DNA from: a bacterium
GTDB taxonomy: Bacteria; UBA8248
Reading direction: 5' to 3'
Length of the DNA stretch: 64,000 nucleotides
Assembly: GCA_965221165.1 (NCBI GenBank)
Contig: CBDCRP010000002.1
Coordinates: forward strand, 768,001-832,000
Positions 18,850 to 28,782 of the stretch are shown here, piece by piece (position 1 is the stretch's first letter; each line of letters starts with the position of its first letter). Under the pieces are notes generated by a model. That model had not been told where the DNA came from. It did not search any database and saw only the letters and a program-made list of their open reading frames with translations. A program made the position numbers and the translations under genes.

Positions 18850-20852
18850 CGCTGTTCCTTTCGTGATGGGTAAGAAGACGTAACCTCCTCCGCTCCCGCT
18901 CCGTGGCGAATAGGTAAGGAAACATCTACGGATCTCCAGCGTTGCCATGCGACCAGGGCCAGGAACAGGAAGAGGCCGATTCCGTTCGCTGAAATCGAGT
19001 AAGGGATAAACAAAAGCCCGGAGACCACCAAAATCATGCGCTCCACGATGTAGAGCTCCCGCAACATTCTTCCCTGCACACCGTAAGTGATGGCCAAGAT
19101 CCCCAGGAGGGAAGTCCCAATCGAGTAAACCACTTCCCAAGGGCTTCCGTGAAAAACGAGGCCGGGGCTGTATACGAACATGAACGGAACGATGAACGCC
19201 GCCAGCCCGATGCGCATTGCCAGGAATCCCGTCCGCAGTGGAGGCGCTTTGGCTATGGCGGCGCCCGCGTACGCGGCCAATGCGACCGGTGGCGTGATCG
19301 CCGAAATAATGCCGGAATAGAAGACGAAGAGGTGCGCCGGTATCTGGGGCACTCCGGCCTTGACCAAGGAAGGGGCAATCAGCACCGCCAGAATAATGTA
19401 GGCCGGCGTTGTGGGCATCCCCATCCCGAGCAGAATGCTGGTCACCATGCCGATCACCAGCATCGGAAGCAAAGCTTCATTGGCCAGTTCGAGGAGAGCG
19501 AAAGAAACCTTCGCCCCCAGGCCCGTCAGCGTGAAGACGCTCACCACGACTCCCGCGCACGCGCAGGCGAGCGCGACTTGCAACGTGGCCATTGTTCCCG
19601 CACGAAGCGCGCCGAGAATCTGCCGGGGCGTCAACCGACTGCTGGCTTTCAAGGAGCTGACGGCAACCGTAGACGCAATCGCCCAAAAACCCGCTTTTGT
19701 CGGGGACCAATGCATGTACATCAACATGAATACGAGAATGACCGGGGGGGCGAGAAAGGGCCAGCCATCCGCGAGGAGTCGCGTCGCCTTGGGGAGCTCC
19801 GATCGATCCATCCCCCGAAGCCCCAGGCGCACGGCTTCGAGGTCTACGGCGATGAACACCGCGACGTAATAGAGGATGGCGGGCAGCAGCGCCATGACGA
19901 TAATCTCTCTATATGTGACGTGGATCATCTCAACCATGACGAAAACAGCCGCACCCATGATGGGGGGCATGAACTGGCCGCCGGTCGACGCCACCGCCTC
20001 GACCGCAGCGGCAAAGGTGGGTTGGTACCCGAGACGCTTCATCATCGGTATGGTGAATGTCCCTGTGCCCACGACGTTGGCCGTGGCGCTGCCTGAGATC
20101 GTGCCGAAAAGAGTGCTCCCCACAACCGCGACTTTCGCCGGCCCGCCTCGCACTCGACCGAAAAGCGCGAAGGCGAGATCAATGAAAAATCGACCCGCTC
20201 CGGTCTCTTGAAGAATAGCCCCGAAGATGATGAACAGAATGACGAATGTCGCTGAAACTCCGATCGGCAGCCCATAAATACCTTCCGTGCTGGTGTAGGT
20301 GTGCTGTAAAATCCGCCCCCAGTCGTAACCGCGGTGCCCGAAGACGCCCGGCATGTTCGGGCCCCAATAGGCGTAGATCACGAATGCCACGGCAACCAAC
20401 GGCAACGTCCAGCCGATGACCCGCCGGGTTGCTTCGAGAACCAAGATGATGGCGAGGATTCCGAGGAGCATATCCGGCAGATTCGGATTCCCGTCTCGAA
20501 AGGTGAGAACATGGTATTGATCGATAATGTAAAGGCCTATGGTGACACTTCCGATAATGAAAAGGGCATCGAGGAGTCGACCGAAAATATAGAACCTTTT
20601 GTTCGTTGCAGTCGGGTAAAGAAGGTATGTGAGAACCAGGATCGGACTTAAATGAATCGAACGTTGAATGAGCGCTCCGTACGCACCGGCGAAACCCGTG
20701 TACAGGTGGAAAACCGCCAGCGCAATGGCCAACCAGGTGATGATCGGGTTGAGAAAACGCTCGAAGGCGTTGTCCGGGCGGGCCCGGCCGTGAACGATCG
20801 CCCCCGCCTCTTCCGGATCCGGCGGTTGCTTCGGTTCGCCATTCGCTTCCAC
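18846..20852 (-). CDS. TRAP transporter fused permease (4TM/12TM)
   Basis: GGPAKVAV, SGSATANV, ASTGGQFMPPIMGAA, ITPPVALAAY. Confidence 0.93.
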   Translation of the reverse strand: MEANGEPKQPPDPEEAGAIVHGRARPDNAFERFLNPIITWLAIALAVFHLYTGFAGAYGALIQRSIHLSPILVLTYLLYPTATNKRFYIFGRLLDALFIIGSVTIGLYIIDQYHVLTFRDGNPNLPDMLLGILAIILVLEATRRVIGWTLPLVAVAFVIYAYWGPNMPGVFGHRGYDWGRILQHTYTSTEGIYGLPIGVSATFVILFIIFGAILQETGAGRFFIDLAFALFGRVRGGPAKVAVVGSTLFGTISGSATANVVGTGTFTIPMMKRLGYQPTFAAAVEAVASTGGQFMPPIMGAAVFVMVEMIHVTYREIIVMALLPAILYYVAVFIAVDLEAVRLGLRGMDRSELPKATRLLADGWPFLAPPVILVFMLMYMHWSPTKAGFWAIASTVAVSSLKASSRLTPRQILGALRAGTMATLQVALACACAGVVVSVFTLTGLGAKVSFALLELANEALLPMLVIGMVTSILLGMGMPTTPAYIILAVLIAPSLVKAGVPQIPAHLFVFYSGIISAITPPVALAAYAGAAIAKAPPLRTGFLAMRIGLAAFIVPFMFVYSPGLVFHGSPWEVVYSIGTSLLGILAITYGVQGRMLRELYIVERMILVVSGLLFIPYSISANGIGLFLFLALVAWQRWRSVDVSLPIRHGAGAEEVTSSYPSRKEQR

Positions 20853-20922
20853 TGAGCGCCTCCCTTGAGGTGGTCGGCGCCCCCGCCCTCAGGCGGGAGC
20901 GCCGAAGTGCCCGTACGGCAAC

Positions 20923-21891
20923 TTACTGAATGCCTTTTTCCTTGAAGTAACGCGCGGCGCCGGGATGCATGGGAATGGGAATGTTCCCGGCGGAGCCGGG
21001 AAGTTTGTACTTCAACCCGGCGCGGTGAATGGCGCCGAGCTCATCGGTGTGCTCAAGTACCGTTTTTGTCACTGCGTAGACCGTCGCGTTGTCCGTGTCC
21101 GCGTGGGTGATGACGATGGTCGCCGACGCCATCGCCCCGACGTCTCCCTTCATGCCGCCGTAAGTGCCCTTGGGAATGCGGGAAGGTGTCCAGTATGGAT
21201 GCATCTTGTTGATTTTCTTCATGTCATCCATGGAGATGGAGACCAATCTCACGTCATGAGTCGAAGTGATATCTTTTACCGCACCGCCCGGAATTCCGGC
21301 GAGCTGAATTGTTGCGTCTACGGTTCCGTCCTTCAGCGCCGCAACAGCTTCAGTTTGGGTCAAATGATCCGTTCGGGCGAACTGTTTAGTGCTGATCCCC
21401 AGGACCTCCAGCATTGCCACACCCATCGCCGCCGTGGAGCTTCCCGGCTGGCCGATGGAGATCCGCTTTCCTCGATAGTCATACAAACTCTTGATTCCCG
21501 ACTTCCTGAGCGTCACGAAATGCTGGATGCTGGCGTGGCCGCTCATCAGTGCGCGGAGCTTGTATTTTTCTCCTGGCTTGAATCGCCCGCCTCCCTCCAC
21601 CGCAAAGTAGGCGGCGTCCGGGGTCGTCAGACCAAAATCGGCTCTCTTGGTTCCGATGAGGCGCGTATTGCCGAAACCGCCTCCTGTGACCTCGGCGTTC
21701 GCCCGCATCCCCGAAACGTATTTGGACAAGATCTTGGCCATTCCGGTTGCGACCACGATGTACGTTCCGCCCGAAGCGCCGCCGGCGATGGTAACGAACT
21801 TCTTGGCAGCCTGGGCGGAGGAAATCGTCATCGCCCAAATGGTGATGGCCAGCACTGCGAACCTGGTGAACGTCTTCAATGCGCGCATCAT
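20923..21891 (-). CDS. TAXI family TRAP substrate-binding protein
   Basis: Signal peptide; GGASGGTY, GKRISIGQPGS, PMHPGAARYF. Confidence 0.92.
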   Translation of the reverse strand: MMRALKTFTRFAVLAITIWAMTISSAQAAKKFVTIAGGASGGTYIVVATGMAKILSKYVSGMRANAEVTGGGFGNTRLIGTKRADFGLTTPDAAYFAVEGGGRFKPGEKYKLRALMSGHASIQHFVTLRKSGIKSLYDYRGKRISIGQPGSSTAAMGVAMLEVLGISTKQFARTDHLTQTEAVAALKDGTVDATIQLAGIPGGAVKDITSTHDVRLVSISMDDMKKINKMHPYWTPSRIPKGTYGGMKGDVGAMASATIVITHADTDNATVYAVTKTVLEHTDELGAIHRAGLKYKLPGSAGNIPIPMHPGAARYFKEKGIQ

Positions 21892-22010
21892 TTTCTGTCC
21901 TCCTTGGTTGGGTAGACAAAGAACCTTTCTTGATCTCCCGGATGGATGATGAAGCAACGACAAGACTCCATATCACGAAAATTCACACAGATTTCCCGAA
22001 AACAGGATTT

Positions 22011-22790
22011 CTATGCTTCAGCTTCCTGCCAACCCAGGGACGCCGAAACCTCTCGAGCGGCTCTGACGACATGGGCGGTAAGGATTTTCCGGTTCGAGTC
22101 TTCGATCCGGTGAACTGGAGCCGAGAGCGTCAAGGAAGCCGCAACGATACCCCGTTCATCAAACACCGGTGCGGAAATTGCCCTGGCCCCAACAATGAAC
22201 TCTTGGTTGCTGTACGCGTGGCCCTTTTCACGAATCTCCTTGAGCTCTTTTTTTAGTTTGACGGGATCGATGTTCGTATTTTTTGTCACCCTCGATAGTT
22301 TCTGCTGCATAATCGTCTCGATGTCCTGATCCGGCAAAAAGGCGAGTAGGGCTTTCGACGCCGCCCCAACGTGCAAAGGCCGCACCTCTCCCACAAAAAA
22401 ACGAGCGATGATCGATTGGCGACTTTCTATGCACTCGATGCAAATGGTTTCCCGACCCGATTTGATGCACAAGAAAGTTGTTTCCCCCGTTTCCGATGTA
22501 AGCCTTCTCATGACGGGAAGCGCGAGTTCGCAAAGGGTTCCATTTTGTCCGTTCTGAGAAATGTTTTTCGAGAGGAGGGAGAGGGAAGACCCCAATCGGT
22601 ATTTTCCGTATTCGGCGGAAGCGTCCACGAAACCCCTGGTTTGAAGGGTCTTGAGGAATCGGTATGTCGTACTTTTGGGCTGTTGGATCTCGGAGGAAAT
22701 CTCTTCCACCGAAGAAGAGCCGGATCCATGGGCTATCGCCCAGAGGAGATCTATTGCTTTGTCTATCGTCTTAAGGGAAGAGGTAGACAT
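22011..22790 (-). CDS. IclR family transcriptional regulator
   Basis: HTH PKSTTYRFL; LHVGAASKALLA; ISAPVFD. Confidence 0.92.
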   Translation of the reverse strand: MSTSSLKTIDKAIDLLWAIAHGSGSSSVEEISSEIQQPKSTTYRFLKTLQTRGFVDASAEYGKYRLGSSLSLLSKNISQNGQNGTLCELALPVMRRLTSETGETTFLCIKSGRETICIECIESRQSIIARFFVGEVRPLHVGAASKALLAFLPDQDIETIMQQKLSRVTKNTNIDPVKLKKELKEIREKGHAYSNQEFIVGARAISAPVFDERGIVAASLTLSAPVHRIEDSNRKILTAHVVRAAREVSASLGWQEAEA

Positions 22791-22801
22791 ATATATTCTT
22801 A

Positions 22802-22862
22802 AATATAGAGAAATTATTTCTTATATTTTAATAAATATAGGTCTCGTTCCCGTTCTTGTCAA
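22802..22862 (-). promoter_or_regulatory. Sigma70 promoter for the iclR-like gene, with downstream AT-rich palindrome (candidate operator)
   Basis: TTGACA (22862-22857)-N17-TATATT (22839-22834); imperfect palindrome aatatagagaaattatttcttatatt at 22802-22827. Confidence 0.65.
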
Positions 22863-23033
22863 CCGAAAATTAACTTGCCCCAACAACGAATCCTGGCCGC
22901 GTGAGCGAATCAAACGCCGTCATGGGGCGCGATCCGGTAGTTCCTGACCGAACATTGCGGGGCAACTGAACAAAAGCATAAGCAAGCAGTTGCGGGTCTG
23001 ACTTTGGAGGAAGGTTGTATAATAATCCAACAA

Positions 23034-23184
23034 GACCCGCCGGGATGCGCGGGAGTTTGAATTTCCTCGTTTCCGTTTAGATTACATATTGCGGAAGGAG
23101 AGTTCCGAACGAGGTTTCGAATAATGCCTGTTGCCCAAGGATATCAATAGGATAAAACAATTTCGCGGCCGGTAAAAACGCCTC
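23034..23184. repeat. ~150-bp noncoding element, copy A (copy B at 40696-40845)
   Basis: Colinear shared blocks gacccgccgggatgcgcggga, gattaca, gttccgaacg, aataatg, atatcaata.gataa, cggccg. Confidence 0.8.
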
Positions 23185-23301
23185 TCCGCGTCTACCGGGC
23201 GAAAAAGGCATATGTACGATCCATGGGAAAGGGGGAAATCCGTGGGCGTTCACACCATCATGGCGACGGCTCCAGGCCCTTGCTGTGTCGGTGTCTGGTA
23301 T

Positions 23302-23524
23302 TCACACCCGCCGCACGACCCACAACACCTCGCCGAGGATGCGGACATCGCGTGCGAGGCATGAGCATGGGGCGAAGTCCGGGTTGGTGGAGATGAGCCT
23401 GAGCCGTGGTGGTTCCTCCTCGCCCGCCCCATCGCCGCGCACCGCCACGGTCTTCTCGGTTTCGCCCGCCGCGAAGGACAACTGCCTCTCGCGCCCTGTA
23501 GTCCGCCCCCGCCGTCGCCCGCAT
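23302..23524 (-). pseudogene. Chimeric remnant: Calx-beta-like fragment joined to S24 peptidase/phage-repressor C-terminus
   Basis: ATAGADY.../LSFAAGETEKTVAV, then PPRLRLISTNPDFAP...VRILGEVLWVVRRV*. Confidence 0.45.
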
Positions 23525-23551
23525 CAGTCGCTCGTAGACCAGGCCCTCGGT

Positions 23552-24793
23552 TTACGCTCCGCCTTCCATTTCGATGCGCCTGAAGTAGAAACTGTCCTCA
23601 GCCGTCACGACCAGCCCTTCTTTCGAGGCATTGCGGATTGCCGAAACCTCGATCTGGTACTTCAAGCCGTAATGCGAAATTTTCCCCAATGCGGCTTCGA
23701 CCGAGTTCCTGGCGGGGAACGGAAAGGCGAAGAAGTTCCTGTAAAGGGCGTTGTAGGCGTCATAGTCTCGGAAATCGGTCAGCGTCACCTGCGATTGCGT
23801 GACGTCCGACACCTCCATGTCGAACTCCTTCAGAAGAAGTTCCACGTTGGCGAGGACGTTTCGCGTCTGCTTCTGGATGTCACCGGGATCGCGCACGCCG
23901 CTTTCGCCATCCACGCTGAGGATTCCGTTGGAGATCATCAACTCACCGGCCAAAACGCCTCGGGCGTTTCCGGGCCCCGTCCGATACTCCTTCTCACCAA
24001 GATATGCGGTCGGCTCTATCATTACGTCGGTTTTGAGAATCGGCAAAGGCGCCGTCACGATCGTCGTGATCGGTCTTGGATCCGCAAAAGCGTTGGCGAT
24101 TGCCGCTTCAACCGCCTCCACGTCTCTCGTGTCACGGACAAATACCCGCAGGCGAATGATGTTCCCGAGGGACCCGCCGTTTTCCGACAATACTTCTCCG
24201 AGCCCCTCGAGAATAGCCTCGGTCTGCGCCTTCGAATTCCCCGGCGAGACGACTTGACCTTTGGCGTCGATCGGTATCCGCGCACTCAGGCACAACAAGT
24301 CGCCCATCCTCCTGCCGGTACTGGACGGCGCATACTCATGCGCCTGCTTCCCAGTAGGCAAGAGTGGTGTGGTTTCTACGGCGCCGGCCAGCCCTTCGAT
24401 TTCCATGATCATCGACGGCATATAGAGGCCGTAGCCGACGAGCGTGTCAGCCGGTACGGCGGGGGCACGGTACTTCTCGTACGCTTTGACAAATGGCCCG
24501 ACCTCTCTCCAACTGTCGAGGAAATGATTTAGCCGAAGAACGTCACTCCATTGACCACCGGCGATCTCAACGGCGAGTTTCAGGGCCTCTATGGCCTGGC
24601 GTGTCTGGGCTTCCATATCTGCCCGACCTGGCGTTTCTCCGGCCATTCGGCCATTCGGGATGCCATCGACCATCAACGCTTCCGTCGTGATGCCCGGCAT
24701 CCCGCCAAGAAAGATGTAATCCCCCGCCCGAAACGCGTAACAGTAAGGTCCTGATGGCGGAGGCAATCTCGGATCTTGTATTGTTCTGGGCAT
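23552..24793 (-). CDS. Triple Rid (YjgF/YER057c/UK114) domain protein
   Basis: Three ~130-aa repeats, each with a GD/E-xx-x-S/G strand, A/K-QT helix, and terminal EIE/MIE/QIE strand. Confidence 0.85.
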   Translation of the reverse strand: MPRTIQDPRLPPPSGPYCYAFRAGDYIFLGGMPGITTEALMVDGIPNGRMAGETPGRADMEAQTRQAIEALKLAVEIAGGQWSDVLRLNHFLDSWREVGPFVKAYEKYRAPAVPADTLVGYGLYMPSMIMEIEGLAGAVETTPLLPTGKQAHEYAPSSTGRRMGDLLCLSARIPIDAKGQVVSPGNSKAQTEAILEGLGEVLSENGGSLGNIIRLRVFVRDTRDVEAVEAAIANAFADPRPITTIVTAPLPILKTDVMIEPTAYLGEKEYRTGPGNARGVLAGELMISNGILSVDGESGVRDPGDIQKQTRNVLANVELLLKEFDMEVSDVTQSQVTLTDFRDYDAYNALYRNFFAFPFPARNSVEAALGKISHYGLKYQIEVSAIRNASKEGLVVTAEDSFYFRRIEMEGGA

Positions 24794-24912
24794 ACTCGGA
24801 TTCTCCTATCTTGAGACTCGTGACAACCGCTTGTCACAGGATCACACGCATTTCGCCTCCGTATGGCGCCGCTGTCGTCTCGCATCGGTCGCAATACGCG
24901 GTTCCGGAAATT

Positions 24913-25617
24913 TTATCCCCCGAGGTAGTGGCGTATCAGGTCACCGTCTCCGATAAGATTGGCGGTGGGCCCGGCCATGGAGATCTTGCCGTCGCGTAAA
25001 ATGTACCCGAAGTCAGCGACCGAGAGCGCCAGATGGACATTTTGCTCGACCAGAAGAATCGTCATTCCGGCCTCCTTCAGTTTCATGATGATTTCGCCCA
25101 GGCGCTCGACAAGGATCGGCGCAAGTCCCGACGAAGGTTCATCAAGCAACAGAAGCTTCGGCTGCGAAATCAGACCGCGTCCAAATGCGACGAGCTGCTG
25201 TTGTCCGACACTGAGCGTATTGCCCTTGCGACTCAGCCATTGGCGAACCTCCGGAAACCGTTCGTAGATTGACTCGAAATCATCCTTTGATTTCTTTTGG
25301 CGGCGCCGCGCGAAAGCGCCGAGCCTCAGGTTCTCCATAACCGTCAGTGGCGCGAAGATGCGGCGCCCCTGTGGCACAAGAGAAATGCCCATTGGAACGA
25401 TTTCACGAGGTTCCATACCGCAAATTTCCTTATCCTCGAATCGAATGCTGCCGGCGCTCGCCTTAACGGCGCCAACGATCGTTTTCAATGTTGTCGATTT
25501 TCCCGAGCCATTACCGCCAAGTAGGGTAATGACCTTGCCGGCGGGAACATCGAGCGAGACCCCGCTCAGTACCTGTACGGGGCCATACGAGGCCCGGATA
25601 TTCTCAAGCCTCAACAT
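24913..25617 (-). CDS. Branched-chain amino acid ABC ATPase (LivF-like)
   Basis: GGNGSGKS, LDEPSSGLAP, LVEQN. Confidence 0.9.
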   Translation of the reverse strand: MLRLENIRASYGPVQVLSGVSLDVPAGKVITLLGGNGSGKSTTLKTIVGAVKASAGSIRFEDKEICGMEPREIVPMGISLVPQGRRIFAPLTVMENLRLGAFARRRQKKSKDDFESIYERFPEVRQWLSRKGNTLSVGQQQLVAFGRGLISQPKLLLLDEPSSGLAPILVERLGEIIMKLKEAGMTILLVEQNVHLALSVADFGYILRDGKISMAGPTANLIGDGDLIRHYLGG

Positions 25618-26383
25618 ACTTCATCGCCTTGCCCAGATAGGCCTCGATTACATTCGGATCCTTGCGAACGACCTCGGGCGTCCCCTCGGCGATCTTCTCG
25701 CCGTGATCAAGAACCGTGATACGGTCGGAAATGCTCATCACCAGGCGGATGACATGCTCAATCAGCAATATGCTCGTCTTCCCGCGAGATCGCAGGTTAT
25801 CCAGGATTTCGGTGAGCCTCTCGTACATCACCGGACTCAAACCCGCGGCCGGCTCGTCCAACAGGACGAGCAGCGGATCGGAAACCAGTGCGCGCGCAAG
25901 TTCCAACATGCGTTGTTGTCCAAACGACATCCGGTTGGCCGGCCGGTTAGCAAGATGAGCGAGGCGCACGGATTCAAGCGCCTCATACGCCCTGTCCCTG
26001 ATCTCCGAATCTTCCCGCATGACCCGGGGCGGGCGAACTACCCCGCCGATAACACCGCTTCGGCTCTTGCCATGATAACCGATCATGACGTTCTCGAGCC
26101 CCGACATCTCCGAAAACACTTGAAGGTCTTGAAAGGTGCGCGAAATACCCAGGCCGGCCATGTTGTATGCCTTGGTCGAGCTAATGTTCTGGCCGTTAAA
26201 GACGACCTCTCCCGATTTTTGGCGCAGAAACCCCGTAATCGCGTTGCAAAGAGTCGTCTTTCCCGATCCGTTCGGACCAATCAGACCATGTATCTCACCA
26301 TTGTCAATCTCGAGCGATACCCTTGAGAGAGCCGTGAGCGCCCCATAATTCACGGTCAGATCATCTACCTTAAGAATTGACAT
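25604..26383 (-). CDS. Branched-chain amino acid ABC ATPase (LivG-like)
   Basis: GPNGSGKT, SRTFQ, LDEPAAGL, VIEAYLG. Confidence 0.9.
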   Translation of the reverse strand: MSILKVDDLTVNYGALTALSRVSLEIDNGEIHGLIGPNGSGKTTLCNAITGFLRQKSGEVVFNGQNISSTKAYNMAGLGISRTFQDLQVFSEMSGLENVMIGYHGKSRSGVIGGVVRPPRVMREDSEIRDRAYEALESVRLAHLANRPANRMSFGQQRMLELARALVSDPLLVLLDEPAAGLSPVMYERLTEILDNLRSRGKTSILLIEHVIRLVMSISDRITVLDHGEKIAEGTPEVVRKDPNVIEAYLGKAMKYVEA

Positions 26384-28328
26384 TGTTTTTCACCGGATTG
26401 GCGGCTAAGATTTCGTTTGTCTCCGAACTGGCAACCGAGACTTCAGGAGTTCCTTCCTTCCGTCTAAATATGGATAGCAATCGGTGGCCGAGGTCCGCCA
26501 GTCCCCCCGGCAAGAACATCATGAACACGATCAGAAGCAGCCCGAAGATCAGGATTCGATACTCCGCAAGCTTACGCAGCATTTCCGGAACGCCAAGGAC
26601 GAAGAACGCCCCGATAATGGCGCCGGCAAAGCTACCAAGACCGCCAATCACGACCATCGTAAGAAATGCGATCGACTGCAGGATCGTGAAGGAATCCGGA
26701 CTGATATAGGAGAAGAAGTGGGCATACAGAGAACCTGCAATCCCGGCGCAACCGGCGCCGATGCAGATGGAGAGTGTCCGGTACCATGCAACATTCACTC
26801 CCATGGAGATCGCAGCCAGCTCGTTCTCGCGGGCCGCGATCAAACCACGGCCATAACGTGACGTTATCAGGCGCTGTAACGCCACGAAGACGATCACCAG
26901 TACGGCTATCGTCAGAAAATAGAAGGGTGCCCCTTCCTCGAACACAAAGGAACCGATGGACGGTTTTCGAATACCGCTAATGCCCGACATCCCGTTTGTT
27001 ACGTCTTTCCAGTTGATGAACACGAGATGCATGATCTCGCCAAAACCCAGGGTTGCGATGGCGCAGAAGTGGGTCGGCAGCCTCAATATCGGTCCGAATA
27101 GCAACCCGAACACTGCGGCGACAATCGCCGCCGCAATAATTGCAAGGAGGAATGGAACGCCAAAGTATACGGTCAAGATCGCTGAAGTATAGGCGCCAAT
27201 TCCCAGGAACGCCGCATGACCGACGATGATGGCGCCGGCGTATCCGATTACGAGCTGCAGTCCGAGGGCGGCCGTGGCGTAGATCAGGATGAGCGTGACG
27301 AGATATATCTCATATGTATCGAGGAGCAACGGCAGCAGAAAGGCGAGGACACCGAGCGCGGCGATCATGCCGTACCTGAGATGGGCGGCTTGCTTATCGT
27401 TCAACTCAAACAAGTCCGCTATTGATTGCCGCCCGTACCTGAACACCAAGCTCCCGCCACGCGGCATTCGAGGAATCGCTACGAGCATCAGCACAATGAT
27501 GGTGATGCCAAAGGCAATCCCGTTCTTGTAAGCGGATGAAATGTAACCCGCGGCGAAAGTCTCCAGGAGGCCTAGAATGGGACCGCCAATCATCGTACCG
27601 AGTATGTGAAACTGCCCCAGTGCCGCAGCGGCGAATGATCGGGGTCCCTGCAGCCAAAGGTCCTGCGCGACAAAAAATAATGGTGCGACGAGGACGCCGG
27701 CGGCACCCGCCAACATGGAACTGATGCCGAAAGTCATCGTGACGACGCGATCGAAACTTACACCTAGAATTTCCGCCGTGTATGAGTCATATGCCGACGC
27801 CCGCCACGCGATGCCGGAAAGTGTTCGCTCAAAGAAGAAATGCAGGCCGAGCATTGAGAGGATGGCAAGGGCGATAATCCAAATATGCTGAATGCTCATT
27901 GGCAGCCCGGCCACGATAAGATGGCCTACTTGGCCAACGGATACCGGATAACGCAGCGGCGCGGCTCCCCATATTAGCTGCGAGACCAGCCGAAGGCATA
28001 TCCCAATCCCAATTGTTGCGATAATCAAATTCAAGAGCGGCGATTGTCGCAGTCGTATCGGGCGCAGGGCTACGCGCTCGATTAGCATGCCCAGAATGCC
28101 CGTCAAGATGCTCGCTAAGATGAATACGGCTAAATACGGCAGCGGTGTTGCTACCAAGAGGGTATATCCGATGAAGGCGCCTGACATCACCAGTTCGCCC
28201 TGTGCAAAGTTGACGAGCTCGGTGGCCCGCAACATCATCGTGAAGCCAAGAGCGATCAGGGCATAAACGCAGCCGACCGCCAGCCCGCCGACAACCTGCT
28301 GCGTGACGATATGTAAATCTATCCCCAT
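26370..28328 (-). CDS. Fused LivH-LivM permease
   Basis: N-half YALIALG...VNFAQGE; C-half GHAAFLGIGAY, NGMSG, RENELAA, VVIGGLGS. Confidence 0.88.
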   Translation of the reverse strand: MGIDLHIVTQQVVGGLAVGCVYALIALGFTMMLRATELVNFAQGELVMSGAFIGYTLLVATPLPYLAVFILASILTGILGMLIERVALRPIRLRQSPLLNLIIATIGIGICLRLVSQLIWGAAPLRYPVSVGQVGHLIVAGLPMSIQHIWIIALAILSMLGLHFFFERTLSGIAWRASAYDSYTAEILGVSFDRVVTMTFGISSMLAGAAGVLVAPLFFVAQDLWLQGPRSFAAAALGQFHILGTMIGGPILGLLETFAAGYISSAYKNGIAFGITIIVLMLVAIPRMPRGGSLVFRYGRQSIADLFELNDKQAAHLRYGMIAALGVLAFLLPLLLDTYEIYLVTLILIYATAALGLQLVIGYAGAIIVGHAAFLGIGAYTSAILTVYFGVPFLLAIIAAAIVAAVFGLLFGPILRLPTHFCAIATLGFGEIMHLVFINWKDVTNGMSGISGIRKPSIGSFVFEEGAPFYFLTIAVLVIVFVALQRLITSRYGRGLIAARENELAAISMGVNVAWYRTLSICIGAGCAGIAGSLYAHFFSYISPDSFTILQSIAFLTMVVIGGLGSFAGAIIGAFFVLGVPEMLRKLAEYRILIFGLLLIVFMMFLPGGLADLGHRLLSIFRRKEGTPEVSVASSETNEILAANPVKNNVNS

Positions 28329-28729
28329 TTCACCGTTCCGCGTCGTTTGTGTTGATCCCGCATTCCCCGGATAACCTTCAATACCGTGGTGATCATATCC
28401 GAATTTCACTACCGCTGGGATGGGGTCTCCACCGCCGGCATCCGGCGGTCTGATTTTGGTGATCTGAGCGTGTTACGAAGCCTATTCGGCCAGTTTTCTC
28501 GTAATCCAGACACCTCTTCCGTCGTTTTGCCTCGCCGCAGATTTTCTCGGCCAACGCGGGGAGGGTTTTCGTCGCAGGTTATCAATCAAGGCGGAGATTT
28601 TCTGGGACAGGTTGCTAGGCGCGGCAACTTCGGCCGATGGAACGCATAGCACCATCCGTGACTAATGGCCTCCGCGCCGATATTCGAGCGATGAGGCCAT
28701 CAACTCTCAAGTCGCCGGCCCGAAAACCA

Positions 28730-28769
28730 CTCACGGCAGTCCGGTTGCAAGCAACCGGACTGCCGTGAG
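28730..28769. terminator. Perfect 19-bp inverted repeat downstream of the livK-like gene (terminator or mRNA stabiliser)
   Basis: ctcacggcagtccggttgc-aa-gcaaccggactgccgtgag. Confidence 0.65.
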
Positions 28770-28782
28770 CTTCAAGTAAACG

